A stretch of 63,941 bases of DNA, filler included, from Rhizaria sp. SCN 62-66 (taxonomy: Eukaryota), in NCBI GenBank assembly GCA_001724265.1. It is 3 parts of 3 records of this genome, joined end to end, with 100 filler letters (N's around TTAATTAATTAA, not from the genome) between each part and the next. Parts side by side here need not be neighbours in the genome. Positions count along the whole stretch, not along the records: positions 1 to 28,051 come from MEDY01000392.1; 2 more parts are not named here. One strand, 5' to 3'. This document shows, one piece after another, positions 11,201 through 23,800 of this stretch. The notes under the pieces are model-generated. The model had not been told where the DNA came from, ran no database searches, and was given only the letters and a program-made list of their open reading frames with translations. Positions within the stretch are counted from its first letter, which is position 1, and each line of letters starts with the position of its first letter. The translations under genes were made by a program, and so were the position numbers.

Positions 11201-14200
11201 ACACTGAATGCGCCTGAGCCCGTCGCCGCTCGTATCACCGCCCCGCCCCCCCCACCTTCGCCGCCGCAGTTGGCCCAGCCGCCGCCGCTTGCGCCAGCCG
11301 TGGCCGCACCGGCGGTCAAGCTCACAGTCCCTGAGCATGAGCCCCCCAAGCCTGAGTACGAGTCCGAGTCCGACGCAGCGCCGTCCCCGCTGCCCGTCTT
11401 CGCGTCTCTGGTACCTGCGCCGTCGCCGTCTCCGGCACTGTCTGCTGCGTTTGCCCCGTTCACGCCTGCTATCTCTGCGGCCGCCGCGCCCGGACACGCC
11501 GTGCCACCGCTGCCGCTGCAGACGCGGCCGCGCCCGGAGCCCGTCCCCGTCATCGCTGCCGCTACCACCGCGGTCCCTGCTGTGGCGTCGCCTGCTGCGT
11601 TTTATCTCAGTCTGCTGCAGTCTGCTGCCACAGCCCTGGCGCTACCGCCTGCGCCCGCGACTGTTGCGCCGTCGTCGTTGCCCCTCGCGTTCCTCATCCC
11701 CCTGACCGAAGATGAGTCGTCGGCGGACGCTGCGACCGCGACGCCGCTGCGGCTGCCGTCACTGCTGACGCGTTTCTGCTCTCGCGACGCGGACGCTGCG
11801 TTCCCGCTCACGGCCGCTGCGACTGCAGCCGCTGCCACAGCGGCGAGTGTCGCTGTACTTGGCGTGACTGGGCACGCGCTGCCGGTGCCGTTTGTTGAGA
11901 GCCGCGTCGTCACCCGCGTGATGGGTCTGGGTGACGCCGCGTTTGTTATTGCAGCGTTGCCTAACTCGTTGCTGTTTGGTCATTCAACTAACTCTAACGA
12001 CAGCAACAACGCGAGTTCAGGACAGCACCTGCAACAGCCCGTTCAGCAGCAGCACCACTCAGGCGCGGGCCGCCCCGCGTCCGCTCCGTCTCCACTCGCC
12101 GCTTCCTCGAACAGCTTCGGGCCGCATGCGATCGCAAACGCGACCGCGAATGCGGGTGTGGACTCCGCAGCCGCGAACCCCTGCGGTTTGACATACTTCT
12201 TGTTGCCGCTGTCGTCCCAGCTAACTGTTAGCATCAACGGCGCATCACCGCACTGGAAGCCTCTGCCGATTGTTTCCGCTCCTACTAGTCACAGTAAACA
12301 CTCTGCTATTGAGAGCAAAGACGGCAACGAGACTGACGCCGACACCCTGTTTCACGGACAGCCGCGCCGTTTACTGTTGCCATCCGAGGTGCATCCACCT
12401 ACCCTGCTCTCACTCTGTCCCATATCTGACGATCGCTGCAACAAGAGTAACGTCCGTGGTTTGTCTGTCTGGGGTATTGCGCTGAACGACAATGATCGCC
12501 TTTGCATTGGAACAACGCACTTCTTCCGCTTCAAGGATCCCGCCACTTTCCGCTCTCGTTTCGCCACCAGCACTGCCAATGCTGCTGTGACCGATGCTAA
12601 AATGGTTGGCCAGTTCAACCTGGACACCGCTGAAGCTTCTCGCGTTACTGCAGAGGCCGGTGACAGTGCCGCTGACTTCGATGTTCTTTTTGGCGCTTGC
12701 AACAACGTTGACTTGGAGTTGCTTCCGCCTGCAGCGCCTGACTTCGAAGTCGACATCACGCACCGTTTCGCACTCTTTGAGCTTCAAGCCACGAACCTTG
12801 CTCTCTCGCTTGCGGCAACAAGTAGTAACTGCTGCAACAAGAACATCAACACTGGGAACGTTTCTAATAACAGCAGCGTTGTCCCCGCGATTGCGGCAAC
12901 ATTCGCTCACCCATTGGGCCCTGCCTCAGCGCGTGCCCGCCTGACTCGTCTCTCCGCCGCGCTGTTGTCGAGCATGCACGCTGCTCCCCCGGTAGCGCCG
13001 CTGCGCACGCGCGTTGAGTCGCTGTTCCGCTCTGCCGAGGCGACCATCAAGGCGCGCAAAGCTGGCGGCACTGGCTCCGCCGCTGGGACGCCAGCGCCCC
13101 GCAACAGCATCAGCAGCAATATCAGTACTGTGGCTGCGTCCGTCGTCTCCGCGTCGCTGCTGTCTGACTTGTACACTCTCATGTCGTCCGTGTCACTGAC
13201 TCAGGCCACGCACACGGGTGCGCGGCTTAACTTCTCCTGGCTGCACCTTTCCGCGTCGCACCTCGCCGCCACAGCAACTGCACTGTCACGTGCGTTATTG
13301 ATGCCGCTGCGCTTTGACATTACAGCGATCCCTGCGCCGCTACCGGGGCAGAATACGCGTGGTTGGCACCGCGCCGCTGCCGCTGACGCTTTGGTCCAGC
13401 ACTTACCCTCAGCCTCAGTCTCCGCCTCTGCCTCCACTGCTGGCAATGCGGCGACCACAACTGGTGCACTTGGCAACGGTGACGGCATCAGTGGCAGCGC
13501 GGCTAATATGCATCCGAGCACACCTCAGCGCGCGCGCCACAACCCTACTGCTGCATCGGGTACTGACTTCTCTCTCACGGTTGACCCTGCTGCCTCTACA
13601 GTTGAGGGTGACGGCGACGACGCCGCTGCTGTCGCAGCTGCAGCCTCCTTTGTCGCAGCGTCCGGTATCTTCAACTCACCTGCGCCACACAACCACGCTC
13701 TGTCACCGCGCCGTCGTCGCCAGCGCGCTTCATCTCCGCCCCGCTTCTCCGCTGCTGCAGCGACGGGCGCGGCCTCGGGCGACGGCAGCGTGCGTGTGAC
13801 ATCGCCGCTTGTTTGCGCTGTGAACAGGTCCTGGGCGTGGCGCCTCGTCGCGGTGGCCACGATCGACACCGTTATGCTCGTCGATATTGCTCGTCAGACC
13901 ACCGTTGGCTCTGCTGCGCTTGCCGCGTTCAACGCCCACGCACCGCTCTTTGCCGCTGCACTTGCGCCACGTGCATCTCCTGACGAGATTGGTGCAGATA
14001 GTAACAACAACTCAAGCACGGCCTTGGTGACAGTGCCTCACGGCAGCTTCGGCGGCGACTCACTCTCCGCCCTTCGCTCGTCGCTGCTCACTGCCATCAA
14101 TAGCACGACCGGAAACACGAGCGTGATTGGAACTTCAACGGGTAGTTGTGATCCTTCTGATACTGGGTTGATTGCAGCGCTGTCGTCCACAATCACGTTC

Positions 14201-17200
14201 CCTTTGGACACGGCAACTGCGGATGCTGCGTTTGCATGGGCGCATGCTCTCGGCCTCACAGCGCCTCTGTTTTCACCCACGTTTACCACGAATGCGCTTT
14301 CTGCGAAGTCCCGTGCTTCCGCAGCCGCAGCCGCTGCCGCCGCAATGGCAGCTGCCGGCGTTGCGCCCCCCAGTGGCGGCGTCATCTCCCCGCTATCGGG
14401 CCTTATCTCGCCAACAGGTTTCCCGCTGCCCGCGTCGCTGCCGCTGTCTGGAGTGCCGCTGCAGCCCGCCGCCGTGGCCGCTTTGTACCGGTCGCGCCCG
14501 TCCGCGCTACTGCCGCTGTCAGCGCTGGCCGCGCGCGTGCGCAGGCTTGTCGCGGCGCACGACGTGTTCCAGTCCGAGCTCAGGGCCGGACGTGCGAGCA
14601 TGAGTGCGAATGCGAGCAGTGCACACGCAGTCGCGCACTGCCAGTTCCCGACGCCAGGTGTGCCGCTGACCTTCAAGCTGCTCACGCAACAACCTCACCA
14701 GCCTGTGGTCAAGGGCGGGGGACATAGCAGGATGCCGTCGTTGTCGTTGAACTCGTCCTTATCGGCCGCATCATCGTCGGCGTCGGCTTCGGCAACGTCA
14801 CTTGCGCTGACGATCCCGGGCTTGCCCTTGCACAGCATCACTGGTGAGCAGAACGCACACGCTCTCCCTGCCTCCGCATCGGGTGTGCTCTCACCTCGCT
14901 CTCGTCCTGCTCTTGCATCGATGTCTTCTCTGTCGTTATTCGACATTCAGAATCAATCCCTCGCATCACCCAAGCCTCTCGGCTCACCGTCGCTCACACT
15001 TCCCTCGCCGCCACCGCCCGCGGACGCTGCGACCGCCGCATTGCTGAGCCTCGCGTCCCGCCGTGGCCCTGCTGCCGCTGCTGCTGCCGCCGCCTCTGTC
15101 GCTGCTAGCTCTCGCGCCAGCGCCCGTGCTACTGCGAATGCCCGCGCTCCCTCTTTGTTTCCTCTTGTTATCCCGCCAATGCCCGCGCCGCCGTTGCCTG
15201 CGCACGCGTCCACGCTGGTTGCGGCTGCCTCCAAGTCGCTTGGCGGCCTGACTGCACTGGCACTTGCCCGCGCGCTCGACTCCTTCGTGTTGTGGGTGCC
15301 GCTGCCGCTGGAAATCCCGTCCAGCGCTGGCGCTGCCAACTCTGGCGCTGCAAGTGGTGCGTCGGCAGGTTCCATCGGAACTGCAAACGACTCCGCTGCT
15401 GCGACAGCGGCTGCAGCGTCTGCCGCTGCAGCTGCTGTGACGAGGTACTTGCGCGCCCGCCGCATCATCAGCCCGACGCCCGCCGCACTCGCCGCTGCCG
15501 CTGCCGCCGCCGCCAGTGCCGCTGTTGCAACCAACGCAGCTGCTGCAGCAGCGGCTGCTTCTAATGCTGAGTCGACTGCAGTTGTCGAGCACGGCAAGCG
15601 CAGTCTTCGTGGAAAGCCTGTGCGCACGCGCGCCGTCCTGACGCCTTTCCCGTGCATCAGTCCAGACAACCCATTCCTGCTCCTCGCACCGTTTACTCTG
15701 ACCTCTGCCGCGACGACCGCTGCGCGTGCATTGCGCACGCCGCTGCCTGCGCCGACCGGCTCCCGCGCTGCGTGTGACGGCGACCCAGCCGAGCTGGCGC
15801 TCGCCGCAGCTGCCGCGTGCGCCGCCCCGCCGCTGCTCGCGTCCCCCGACTCGCTGTGCCCGGCGCCTGCGACCGACGCCAGTGCGCCCGCACCCGCCGG
15901 TGTCCCTGTCGCCGTAGCTGCTGGCGCTCTTACGCTCGCGCAGGCGTGCTCTCACGCGTACTCGGCGTCTCACTCTGCGGCGACAAACTCGAGCAACGCA
16001 ACGAGTGCGACGGTTTCCACTTTGAAGGTTCCCTTGTACGCTCCTCCCGGTGGTCTCGCTGGTCTTCTGGGCGAAACCGGTCTCACGCTTGATACGTCGG
16101 ACTCACGCAGCTCTAATGCCACCGGATGGGTGCAGTGTGAAGTTCGGGTTGTGCTGCATAAACGCACTGCTAGCACGAGCGCGAGTGCAGCAGCTGCAAG
16201 CTCTGCGGGCACTTTGCTCGCGCTTGTCTCGGCCACAAGCAACACTGCGACCTCTGTGACATCATCACCTTCGGGAGCTGTGAACAACGCTACTCGCAAC
16301 CAAGGCGCTTCAGCGGCACTGTCTCCGATTGCTGCACACGCGATCACTGGTGCCGCGGCCACCGCCGCGGCTGCTGCGGCCGCTGCTGACGCGAACGGAG
16401 GCGGTGACAGTGATTTCTTCTACGTGTCCGACGACTCAGACTCTGCCTCTGACGCCGGCTCTGACTCGGCCTCTGACGCAGCGCCCGGCAAGCGCCGCGG
16501 CAGCGGCAGCGCGCGTCCCTCCACCCGTCCCAGCTCCGGCCGCAACGTCGCCGGCCGTCCAACCTCCGGCTCCAAGACACGCCCTGGCACAGCGACGACA
16601 GCATCAGCATCTAATGGCGCGACAGCGGGTGCGTCTGCCAAGCACTCCCGCGCCCCGTCGTTCTCGCGTCCCGTGTCGGCCACAGCTGCCAGCGCTGCCG
16701 CTGGCGCCGCAACTGCTGGTGGCTCGACCGCCCGCGGCCGCTCCGGCAGCATGAGTCGCCCAACGCCCGCCACTGCGCTGCCGCAGTCCAAGTCGTCTGC
16801 GCCCACCGCGTTGAACGCGGAGCTCAGTCTGGATCTGGGCCCGACGGCCGCGAGTAACGGCACCAGCACTCGCCCCGGCAGCGCGCGCAATCGCTCCGAC
16901 AGCAGTGCCCGTGAGGCCGCGGACTCCAAGGCTGCCAAGGGATTGTCTAAGGCGAAGGGTGCCGACGGCGTTCGCCGCGCGCTCGAGGCCGCTGGTGTTC
17001 TGCCGTCATCTGGTAACGGGGGCAAAGCTGCGGCTGCGAATGCGAGTGCGCGCGGCAGCGCGAAGATCAAGGTTGCCGCTGATAACGTCGAAGGCGCTGG
17101 CGGCATCAGTGATCTGTCGCTGTCGCTATCTGACATGGAGGTCGACACTGACAGCGAGGGCGAGGGCAACGGTGCTGATAGCGACTACGACGACGAAGAC

Positions 17201-18976
17201 GACGACGTGGGCACTGGCTTTGAGCTCGACCTCGGCGGCGCGCTGGGCTACAACGACTACGACGACGAGGACGACTACGACGACGAAGACAATGACGGCA
17301 GCGACTGTGAGCAAGTGACGCCACGCACGCGACGCGAGCGCAAGCTCGAGGTCCGCGCTGCGGCCGCGGCGGCCGCGCCTCTGCGCCCGCTGGTGCCGCG
17401 CCGGAACAAGAAGCTTGCACTGCGTCAGAGGCTTGTCGCAGACGCCGCCGCCGCAGCTGCTGCGGTTGCCGCTGCTCAGGAGGCGTCCGCCGCTGCTGCG
17501 GCTGATGTCTCTGCTGGCGGCTGCGGGTGTGGCTGCGCTGCCGTCTCCAACGTCGCTGCGTCTGCGGCCTCATTATTCTTGCCTGCCACTGCCTCAACTC
17601 CATCGGGCTGGGCTCCCGTCATCTCGCAGGGCCACAGTAACTGCGACAGCGACGCCTTTGCGTCTGCCCTCGCTGATGCTGTGGCGCATGCTGTCCCCGG
17701 CACCGCGTTTGCGCTTGAGCTCGTCCTCACGGTCACCTCAATCTCCTGCTCCGCGCTGAAGCCTGCGCACAGTCTGCTCGGCGTCGTCTGCGGCGCCCGC
17801 GCTGCCCCTGCACTGGCCCTCACGCACGCGTCGTCGTCGCCGGCGCCGGTCTCCGCCACATCCGGCGCAAGCACCGGTGCAGGTGCCAGTGCCAGCGCGG
17901 TTGCCGCGGGAACAATGCGCACTGTTGCGCCCGCTGCCGCGCTCTGCATCGGCGCTAATAGCGCCGCGAGCAGTGATGCAGCTGGAGCATCAGGTTGTGG
18001 TCATGAGCAATGCTTCCATCTGGCAGCGAGTGCTGGTTCTTCTGCAACAGGGAAGGCAGGCCGTGCGAGTCACTCGACAACTTTTGTGACAAGCAATACG
18101 TGCTCGTCAATGACTGCCCCTCAGACGTCTAGCAAGACTGCAGGCACGACTGTTGCCACCAGCTCAAGCCCGGCATCAAACAATGCTTGCCGATTCATCC
18201 AGCCTCCTGCTGTCTGCGACGCTGCCTTCAGTCTCACTGTGCCGAACGTAAGCACGGCGCCTTCTAATGCTGACGCGAGTGCTAGTAAGAGCGCTATGGA
18301 GGTGGCTGTCGGTGCGACTGTCCGGTTCTGGCTCCCTCACTTGTCTACTGCGACCATCTTCGATATCCTCTCTGAAGACAACCATAGCTCTAACTCGAAG
18401 CCTCTCTCCCCGTTGGAGTCGCACCTGCGTTTCGCTTTCTTTCAGGCAGCGCCTCCTGCAAACGCCCCCGCGCCCGCGCCCGCTCCCGTCGCTGCTAAAG
18501 CCGTTACCGCGCCGCCCGCTCCTGTCGCCGCTCCGGTCGCTGCCACGGCGACCGCAGAGCCGTGCTCGTGCGGCGGCGTGCCGTCTTCGCTGCGTGCGTT
18601 AGAGTCCCGACTCGCAGCAGTGGCGTCCTCTCTTACCGTTATCAGCACCCCGGACAGCGCAGCTAACACTCTTGCTGCGATTGCGCCGCTGAGTGCGACT
18701 GCCCCGGCGTCCGCAGTGGTGCCCGCGCTGGAGCGCCATGCCGCCGCCGTCGAGGCCGAGGCGGCGCGCCTGCGCGCGCTCGTCGCGACACTGCAGGCGC
18801 GGGACGCCAAGCTGAAGCGCGTGGCGATGGAGTACAAGACGCTATGCAGCGAGATGGCTGCGAGCGCGGTCAAGACGGCGGAGAAAGAGAAGACGCGCGT
18901 CGGGAACAAATGGGCGGCCGCTGCAGCAACGAAAGTGACTGCAGCTGAGATTGCCAAGGCTGAGAAGCATGGCTAA
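8237..18976 (+). CDS. Giant (about 3580 aa) divergent kinesin-3-like protein with motor and FHA domains, read through one in-frame TAG at 9569-9571
   Basis: ORFs 8198-9571 and 9590-18976 are in the same frame and separated only by TAG. Before the TAG: LSCRVRPP, FGFSRAF, AGLNTSFFAFGPSGGGKTH (P-loop). After it: SLRDAHVVFSLRITQ, SSMHFIELQSSE, PITRYLADSL, FVLTVSPASVAFTATYQVLRLA, then an FHA-like end LNDNDRLCIGTTHFFRFKDP as in KIF1/13/16, and a C-terminal coiled coil. Ends in TAA. Confidence 0.8.
9569..9571 (+). other. In-frame TAG inside the kinesin motor domain; putative sense codon (Gln)
   Basis: Context AGG AGT TAG CAG CAG AGC = R S * Q Q S. The frame stays open for a further 9.4 kb. Confidence 0.8.
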
Positions 18977-19326
18977 ACTAAACATGGATTCAAACAAGCA
19001 CATACGTGATTTTTCTGTTTTGAATTATGTATAACTTCTATTACTGTACGACTGTATAAACAATTTTACGTAGAATTCAACTCTGTTCTTTGATTGATTG
19101 TCATCACTGTATAACACTTATGCTACGCACGCGAGTCTCATGATGAAGATCATCTCGCCTCAATACATAATATTTTATTCGCAATTTAGTCTAATGTGTA
19201 AGAACTGCGCTTGTATTCAAGATATCAACAGCACAGCACAAACGAGTGGCCATTCGTAAGCCAAATCAATCATACGATGTGACCCCAAACAAAATCTCAA
19301 GCTTAGCGAGCAAACAATCAGTATCT

Positions 19327-20433
19327 TCAATCCATATCGCCAAACTCGTCAGAGCGCGGCTTCTTCCCGCCGTTGGCCTTGGCCCTCGCCTCTGCCGCCG
19401 CGGCCGCGACCTCGGCCTTGGTCTTGACGCGGTAGATGTTGCTCCACGACAAGGCTGCCGCGCGGTCCTGCTGCGAGATGGGCATGAAGTCTAACGAGCG
19501 CAGCTTAGTTCCGCGCAGCGCCCAGATGAGCTGCTCGCGGTAGAAGCGTGTGCTCTCGAGTCGCAACGTCTTCTTCTGGATGTGCACCACGGTGCCGTCA
19601 CGCTTGATCACGAAGCTCGCGCCGCCGCCGCTGCCACCGCCGCCGGCCCCACCGACGCCGCCCGCACCGGCCGGGATCGCCGTCGACGATGCAAAGGCCA
19701 GGTGCGGCCCCATCGCGCTGCCCGCGCCGTGAGCGCCCGCGGACGCGCCGGAGGCCCCGTCGGCGGCGTCGCCGTGCGCGTCCGACTGCTGCAGCCAGGA
19801 GTTGTCGTGCATGGTGAGCTTCGAGAGCCCCGTGAGTGCGGCCAGCTTCTTGACCTGTGAGACCTGCGAGATGTGGTTCGAGTGCAAGTACAGCGACGTG
19901 AGCGCAGTGAACTGGAGGATCTCGTCCTCGATGCTCGTGAGCGCGTTGGCCGAGAGGTCGAGCCACGCGAGCGTCGAGAGTACATCGGGGATCTCGGCCG
20001 ACAGCGCGGCGGCCAGGCCGCGGATTGAGGTCAGCGAGTTGTAACATAGCTTGATGCCCATGACGGGCGGTGCGCGGCCGCTCTTGCGCCCCGCTGCAAT
20101 CGCCACAAGCTTGTTGCGGACCGCGTCCTGAACGTCGGGGATGGTCTTGAGCTCCTGGAACGAGAAGTCGAGCGCGACGGCGCCGGACGCGTGGTTGTCA
20201 ACGCGCGCAGCAACAACGGGCGCGGCGGAGGACGAGGAACGGGCGGAGACGCGGCCCGTAGTCGTGGCCGTGGGAATGGAGCCGGTGGAGCCAGCGGCGG
20301 TGTAGCTCGCGTTGTGACTAGCGCTGCTGCCGCTGTGGCCGTGCGCCTGGCGCGAGGGCGAGTGTGAGGACCCGCCGATAACCCCAGAACCCGTGAAAGC
20401 AAGTGGGGATGGACGGCTGCTCATAGCAGACAT
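19327..20433 (-). CDS. LRRC51: Leucine-rich repeat protein, LRRC51-like
   Basis: LDFSFQEL, LAWLDLSANALTSIEDEILQFTALTSLYLHSNHISQVSQVKKLAALTGLSKLTMHDN and the LRR cap FYREQLIWAL...LDFMPISQQDR resemble LRRC51. Ends in TGA. Start at ATG 20433 or 20424. Confidence 0.7.
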   Translation of the reverse strand: MSAMSSRPSPLAFTGSGVIGGSSHSPSRQAHGHSGSSASHNASYTAAGSTGSIPTATTTGRVSARSSSSAAPVVAARVDNHASGAVALDFSFQELKTIPDVQDAVRNKLVAIAAGRKSGRAPPVMGIKLCYNSLTSIRGLAAALSAEIPDVLSTLAWLDLSANALTSIEDEILQFTALTSLYLHSNHISQVSQVKKLAALTGLSKLTMHDNSWLQQSDAHGDAADGASGASAGAHGAGSAMGPHLAFASSTAIPAGAGGVGGAGGGGSGGGASFVIKRDGTVVHIQKKTLRLESTRFYREQLIWALRGTKLRSLDFMPISQQDRAAALSWSNIYRVKTKAEVAAAAAEARAKANGGKKPRSDEFGDMD

Positions 20434-20897
20434 GTGGCAGGCTGCTGTGCAGTGGCAGGGAGCGAGCGGGAGGAACAACGAAAGGCTGGTGGTGGATTGA
20501 TTGCTTTGTGGGCAGGGACAGAGACTACGGAGGGATAGATGAAGATATGAAAGAAAATTAGAAGAGAAAATTATTATCAATATTGCGTGAAAACCAGAAT
20601 TGTTCAACGTTTCTCCTTTAACGGATGCGCCATAGCATACGAGATGGAAACAATAGCACCTTATCGGTTTCGTTTCGATGCGTTAGAAAACAAAAGCTGC
20701 TTTCGACCACGGTCTCCTCCGACTCGTCTCGAACTCCGCGCACACGTTGGATCGTCTTAAACACTGCATTATAGCCCGTCAATATCTTTAAGACAATGCA
20801 TATACCAGCTAAATATGTGTGATCTGTATTATACTCATTGGTTTCATCTTGAACTCTTTGCTATGTTGTGCATCCTCTCTCTTTGCAGTCCTCGACG

Positions 20898-23800
20898 ATG
20901 AACAGGCCCGTCAGCCTGCTCGCCCACGGGACCGTCCGCGCGGCCGCCACAGCAGTCTCGCGTTCCACCGCCACGCGCGCTGCAGCTCGCTTGCAGCCGC
21001 ATGCGTCGGCGGCTTTCACTGCATCTGCGTCCGTCTCAATGACAACGACATCTGGCGCGTGCACTGCAGCTACGGCTGCAACTTCGGCCTCCGGTGTGCG
21101 CCCCATCGTCATCCGCAGCGAGTTCATGAGCCACCCCGCATCCACCACGCTCAAGCGGGCCGCGTCGTTTTACACCAGCGTGGGCAAGAGCGCGGCCCAG
21201 CAGCAGATCCGCCGCCTGATGTCCTGGTCCTCTCTCTCCAGCACTGCAACCGCGGCCCGCACCCTCGGCGCCGTCCCCGTCACCGCGCCGCTCTCCCTGG
21301 CCGCCGCTGCCGCCTCGCAGCGCGCCCTGAGCACCGCCGCGGCGGCTAGCGCGGCCGAGTCGGCCGCCGAGCAGCTGCCCGTGCGCTCCGAGCCCGCGAT
21401 GGACCTCGCGAAGGAGCTCGTCCCCGGCGCCAAGCTGCATGGCTTCACCGTCCAGTCCGCTGCGCCGTACCCCGTGCTCAACCTCACGGTCTACACACTC
21501 ACGCACGACGCGTCGGGCGCGCAGTACGTGCACATCGCGCGCCCCGACGCCGACAACGCCTTCTGCGTTGCATTCCGCACGCTGCCGACCGACGACACGG
21601 GCGTCGCGCATATCTTAGAGCACACCGTGCTGTGCGGGTCACAGAAGTTCCCCGTGCGCGACCCCTTCTTCCTGCTGCTGAACCGCTCGCTCAACACGTT
21701 CATGAACGCGATGACGCGGCCAGAGGTCACGTTCTACCCCTTTTCGACGCAGAACGAGCAGGACTTCAAGAACCTGCTCTCCGTCTACCTCGACTCCGTG
21801 TTTTTCCCCTTTTTGGACGCGTATGACTTCAAGCAAGAGGGCCACCGCGTCGAGTTTGCCGACTCCGTCTCAGCTTCCAATGGTAACGCCAACACCGCAG
21901 CTGCTGCTGCCGAGTCCGAGCCTGTGTCTGCTGCAGAGACGGAGACTGTGCCTGAGTTCAACAGTGCCAGCGCCTGTGCCAGCACCAGCGGTGAGACGAC
22001 TGTGGGTGCCGACAAGGCCACGACCACGGTCGGCGCCGATGGCTCCCGCACCATCTCGATGGGCCGCGGCGGCCTCGCCTCTGCCTACACCGGCACCAAC
22101 AACAACAACGGCGCCGAGAGCGAAAAGATTGCTGGCAGCAAGTCAACTGCGACTGCGGGCGGCGCCAACGAGCCCAGCGAGGACGACATCGCCGTGGTGC
22201 TCGACTCGATGAAGGTGGACCCTGCGTCGCTGTCCCCGGCCGAGTGGGCCGCCGTGCGCGCGCGCGCCTCGGCGCTGGCGCGGGACGGCGGCGAGATCTA
22301 CAGCGAGAACGAGTCCGACACGGACGGCGAGATCGACCCGACGCTCGCTGCTGAGGACCAGAAGGTCTTCACGGGCGGGCTTTCCGACGCCGCCAGCCGG
22401 GCGGTCGAGGAGGCCGAGGCCGAGGAGGCCGCCATCCTCGCGGCCCGCGCCACCGGCAGCAAGAGCAATATCGATGCGAACACTGGGAGTAAGACGGCTG
22501 GTGCGACGGTGAAGTCTCGCGCTCAATGGGGCGACGAGACCACTTCCGCGAGCACTCTTGCCAACGCTCAGAGCAACGCAAACGCCGCGGACCAAGCCGC
22601 CTCTGCTGCCATCGCGACCAATGCGACTGCTGCTGCTGGTGTTGATCCTGTGACCGGCGCGGCGCTGCCTCTTGTCTTCAAGGGCGTCGTGTTCAACGAG
22701 ATGAAGGGCGCGCTGTCTGACCCGGCCCAGATCTTCGACGCCGAGCTCTCGCGCCACCTCTTCCCCACCTCGCTGTACCGCAACAACAGCGGCGGCGATC
22801 CCGTCGCGATTCCCGACCTCACGCACGCGCAGCTGCTACGTTTCCACCGGACCTTTTACCACCCCGCCAACGCGTGCTTTTACACCTACGGCGACCTCAA
22901 CCCCAAGCTGGCCGAGGTCGACGCAGTCATCACCAAGAAGCTCGCCGACCTCGCCGCCACCGCACCGCAGTCTCAGTCTCAGACCGGCGACTCCACGGCC
23001 GCGACTGCAACGGCGCCTGCGCCTGTACCTGTGCCTGCGCTGCTCGAGGCGGGCCGCCCGCCGTCTGCAGCGGACGCGCGCGCCGCCCTGTCTGAGCCGG
23101 CGCGCTTCACCAAGCCTCGCGCCGTGGTGGCGGTCGGCCCGGACTCTGCGCTCAGCGCGGACCCTGCCCGCCAGAGCAAGTTCATGCTGTCCTGGCTTTG
23201 CCGCCGCAGCGACGCTAGTAGCGGCAGCGGCAGCGGCACTCCTACTGCGCTGATCACGGACATCACGCGGCCGTCGCTGCTGGCCGAGACTGCTGACGTC
23301 AGCAAGATGTTCATCACGCACCCTTTCGTGCCCTCAGCCATCGCCGGCGTCCCAGAGGCCGACACCGCGAACGCTGACGCCGTCTCTGACGACTCAGTGG
23401 TTGTGCCCAATGCGCCCGCCAGTCTGGCCGAGTTCGAGGCACAGGGCGCTGCGCGCGCGGCTGAGCGCATGAAGCTCGCCCCCAGTGCCACTGCCGAGTC
23501 AGCAGCCGTGTCGGCAAACGGTGCGGCCACTGCGACTGACAAGAAGGCTCGCTCCAAGGACTCATCGGTCCCGGTGCCTTTAGTCCCCAGCTTCACCGCG
23601 ACCGCCGCCTCCGCCGCCACCAGCTCCACCGCCGCCGCCTCCGCTGCGGCCGCCTCCGCTGCGGCCGCGCTTGAGGCCCCCGTCCCCGCGCTGGAGGTGT
23701 CCTCGTTCGCGCTGCGGTCTGCGCCGGGCTTCGCCGCCCGCGAGGCCGAAATCGCCAAGCTGTCCCCCGCCGAGCGCGCCGCGCTCAACGAGTCCATGGA

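Noticed and set aside
21860-22670. Intein within the PreP insertion
   Set aside because: No C/S...HN-C/S/T splice-junction motifs or homing-endonuclease motifs; the sequence is low-complexity.
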